From positions 13,259,894 through 13,310,297 of the forward strand of contig NC_069003.1 in assembly GCF_001194135.2 (NCBI RefSeq): DNA of 50,404 nt. The letters run 5' to 3'. The notes under the pieces were generated by a model, which did not search any database, was not told the origin of the DNA, and worked only from the letters and a program-made list of their open reading frames with translations. The position numbers and the translations under genes were made by a program. Below, one piece after another: positions 48,436 to 50,404 of this stretch (position 1 is its first letter; each line of letters begins with the position of its first letter). This stretch comes from Octopus bimaculoides (taxonomy: Eukaryota).

Positions 48436-49199
48436 TTATAAAATATCTAGATATTCCTATCTAAATAACGTTATACACGCTCGCGTGGTAATCGTTTCGT
48501 GTTGATATGTAGATAAAGACGTTGCAAAATAACAGTCATTTAGTTTCTCTAAAGAAAAAGAAGGGAAAAAAATACTAGGTTACCTTATCTATAAGAAAGT
48601 TAATACCCTTCTAGTTTTCTTTCTCTCTACCAGCATGCTAATTCTTTTTACTTTCTTTTTTTCAAGCTTTTCTGACGAATAAGTACAAAATGTTTCGTCA
48701 TCTTATAAAATCCTTTGTAAAATCTGTCAGGCCTTACATCATGTAATATATTTGAAAGATAGGCGCAAACTCGAGTGACCTATAACCAAGCCTTTCAGTG
48801 AACATGAGGACGGAAATTCCTCAATATCAAGATCAGGGTGGGTAAAGTAGAGCATGAATGGGTAGAGCAAAATAAACTTTCTTTGATATCCGCATTGAAT
48901 TAATTGTAGTAACTGAAGTTCCGCTTAAGCTATAAATAATCTAGAAATCCCGGACTTGATCTAGAAGAGAAATCTCATTTCTAAAATACATAGTTCAAAT
49001 GGCCAGTGACGCCTGTGGTGTGCGACCAACTAAAACACTTGGTGCTGCATTGATTTTTTTTCCTCGTTTTTCTTTTGTTAAATATTGCTGATCATATTTT
49101 GAATAAAGGATAATTAGTGCAAGTCCGATTTCCCCTACAACACGTAGTTTTTACTCAAAACTTAATGCAATTTATGATATATTATTATGGTTTTAGTAA

Positions 49200-49435
49200 G
49201 AATAGGGTCAGGGTTGAATTTAGTGTTAGTTTGGATTTAGGATTAAGGTTGCGTATAAAGCAAGAGGTTAGGGTTAATGTCTAGAGTTAAGGTTTGATGG
49301 TTGGGTTTAAGGTCAGGGTTGAAGGTTAGAGATTAGGTTAGTGCTCAGAATTAAGAGTTAGGGTTAGTGTTTAGAGTTACGATTTGGTAGTTGGGTTTAA
49401 GGTTACGATTTAGGAGTTAGGGTTGAAGGTTAGAG
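49200..49435 (+). repeat. Degenerate interstitial TTAGGG-like repeat
   Basis: Exact TTAGGG at 49268, 49358 and 49417, among variants such as TTAGAG, TTAAGG, TCAGGG and TTAGTG. Confidence 0.75.
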
Positions 49436-50254
49436 TAATGCCCAGGATTGAAAAGTACAGGATACCCTGAACTCTAATTATGCAACGTTAACGTGTTTAT
49501 TAAATGTATGAGCAAATGATGTAATTACATTTTTATTAAATCTGCAGAGAAATGCAATTAAATATGAAAATGTAATTATAAATACGTCAGAAACGAAAAT
49601 GTAAAATGACAAAGTAATTATATTTCTATTGTTGTTGTTTGCTTTTTTATAACTTGAGAAAATAAGAATATAGTATTTGAGATTACTTTAACATTCTCCC
49701 TTGACTCGGGTGCTCTAGGGGTTCAGGTAGCATGTTTAATTGATTTAATTAGTGCAGTCGTGAGCATATTGTGACCCACAGGCTACATGCAACCCATAGG
49801 ACTTTCTGAATGGCATACCTGACGAAAAATTAACGCCATATCTCATGAAGCCTGCTTCTCGAAAAAGGTTACCCATCCTGACTTTATACTATTTTGCTTT
49901 CTTTTGGGGCCTGAACTCGTGATGAAGTTGTAGGGATGCTGTTGTGATATATAGTGTGCTGCTGTTGGGCAGTTTAAGACCTAGCAGAGCCCATTTTCAT
50001 TTTGACTGACCACAGTTGATTTCTCTCAGAAGAGAGGCAGACAAAAAGAGGAATTGGCCTCAGTATAGCACTGGTATTTCATTTCATCAAAAAAAAAAAA
50101 AAAACTAATGAAAGTGTGATTTAAACTCCGAGCTCAGCAAGTAAGAAATACTGTAAAGTAATATTATTGTTCTTGGTGCCCTAGCGACTCGGTCAGTTTG
50201 CCACCTTCGGTCTGCAGGGTGAGGTGAAGACCTAATAACTGGCTTCAAACTTTG

Positions 50255-50404
50255 GCTACAAGGCCAGCAATTTCGGGGCAGGGAATAAGTCGATTACATT
50301 GACCCCAGTGATCAACTGGTACTTCTTTTTTCGAACTTGAAAGGGATGAACGGCAAAATCGACATTAACAGAATTTGAACTTAGAACATAAAGACTGACG
50401 AAAT
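50255..50404 (-). mobile_element. SINE family B, truncated by the window end
   Basis: aaggccagcaatttcgggg...gtcgattacattgaccccagtg...ctggtactt...gatgaacggcaaaatcgac. Confidence 0.8.

Noticed and set aside
49860-49925. Weak resemblance to reverse-strand 5S rRNA (ggttacccatcc)
   Set aside because: The match is too short and the remainder does not align.
22620-50404. A second host protein-coding gene upstream of MNK
   Set aside because: No ORF or splice-bounded segment with recognisable protein similarity was found other than the RTE. Small or non-coding exons cannot be excluded by eye.

Overview
AT-rich metazoan genomic DNA with eight N-gaps. The SINE, MITE and microsatellite families look like those of an Octopus genome; this is inferred from memory, not from a search. 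One protein-coding gene is supported: a minus-strand MAP kinase-interacting kinase (MNK; MKNK1/2 or Lk6 orthologue). Nine exons from 9504 down to 776 join with consistent phases and canonical splice sites. The best first coding exon is ATG-TTA-GAG|gtaagt (20746-20738), under a TATA/CRE/ETS promoter at ~21.75 kb, giving 481 aa. Two further phase-compatible first-exon candidates lie at 12.2 and 11.2 kb. The ~13 kb around these promoters lacks the SINE families seen elsewhere. The 27 kb further upstream is packed with tRNA-type SINEs, a decayed RTE LINE, a non-autonomous Helitron, hAT, piggyBac-like and foldback MITEs, and microsatellites. The most unusual signal is five minimal type-I hammerhead-ribozyme-like motifs in two families (30.0 kb and 39.7-40.75 kb) of the kind carried by Penelope-like elements and retrozymes. 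These include an inverted pair, a same-strand tandem 178 nt apart, and a recurring CCGA core variant. None has a fully canonical core, so activity is unproven. No CRISPR, rRNA or genuine tRNA genes were found.
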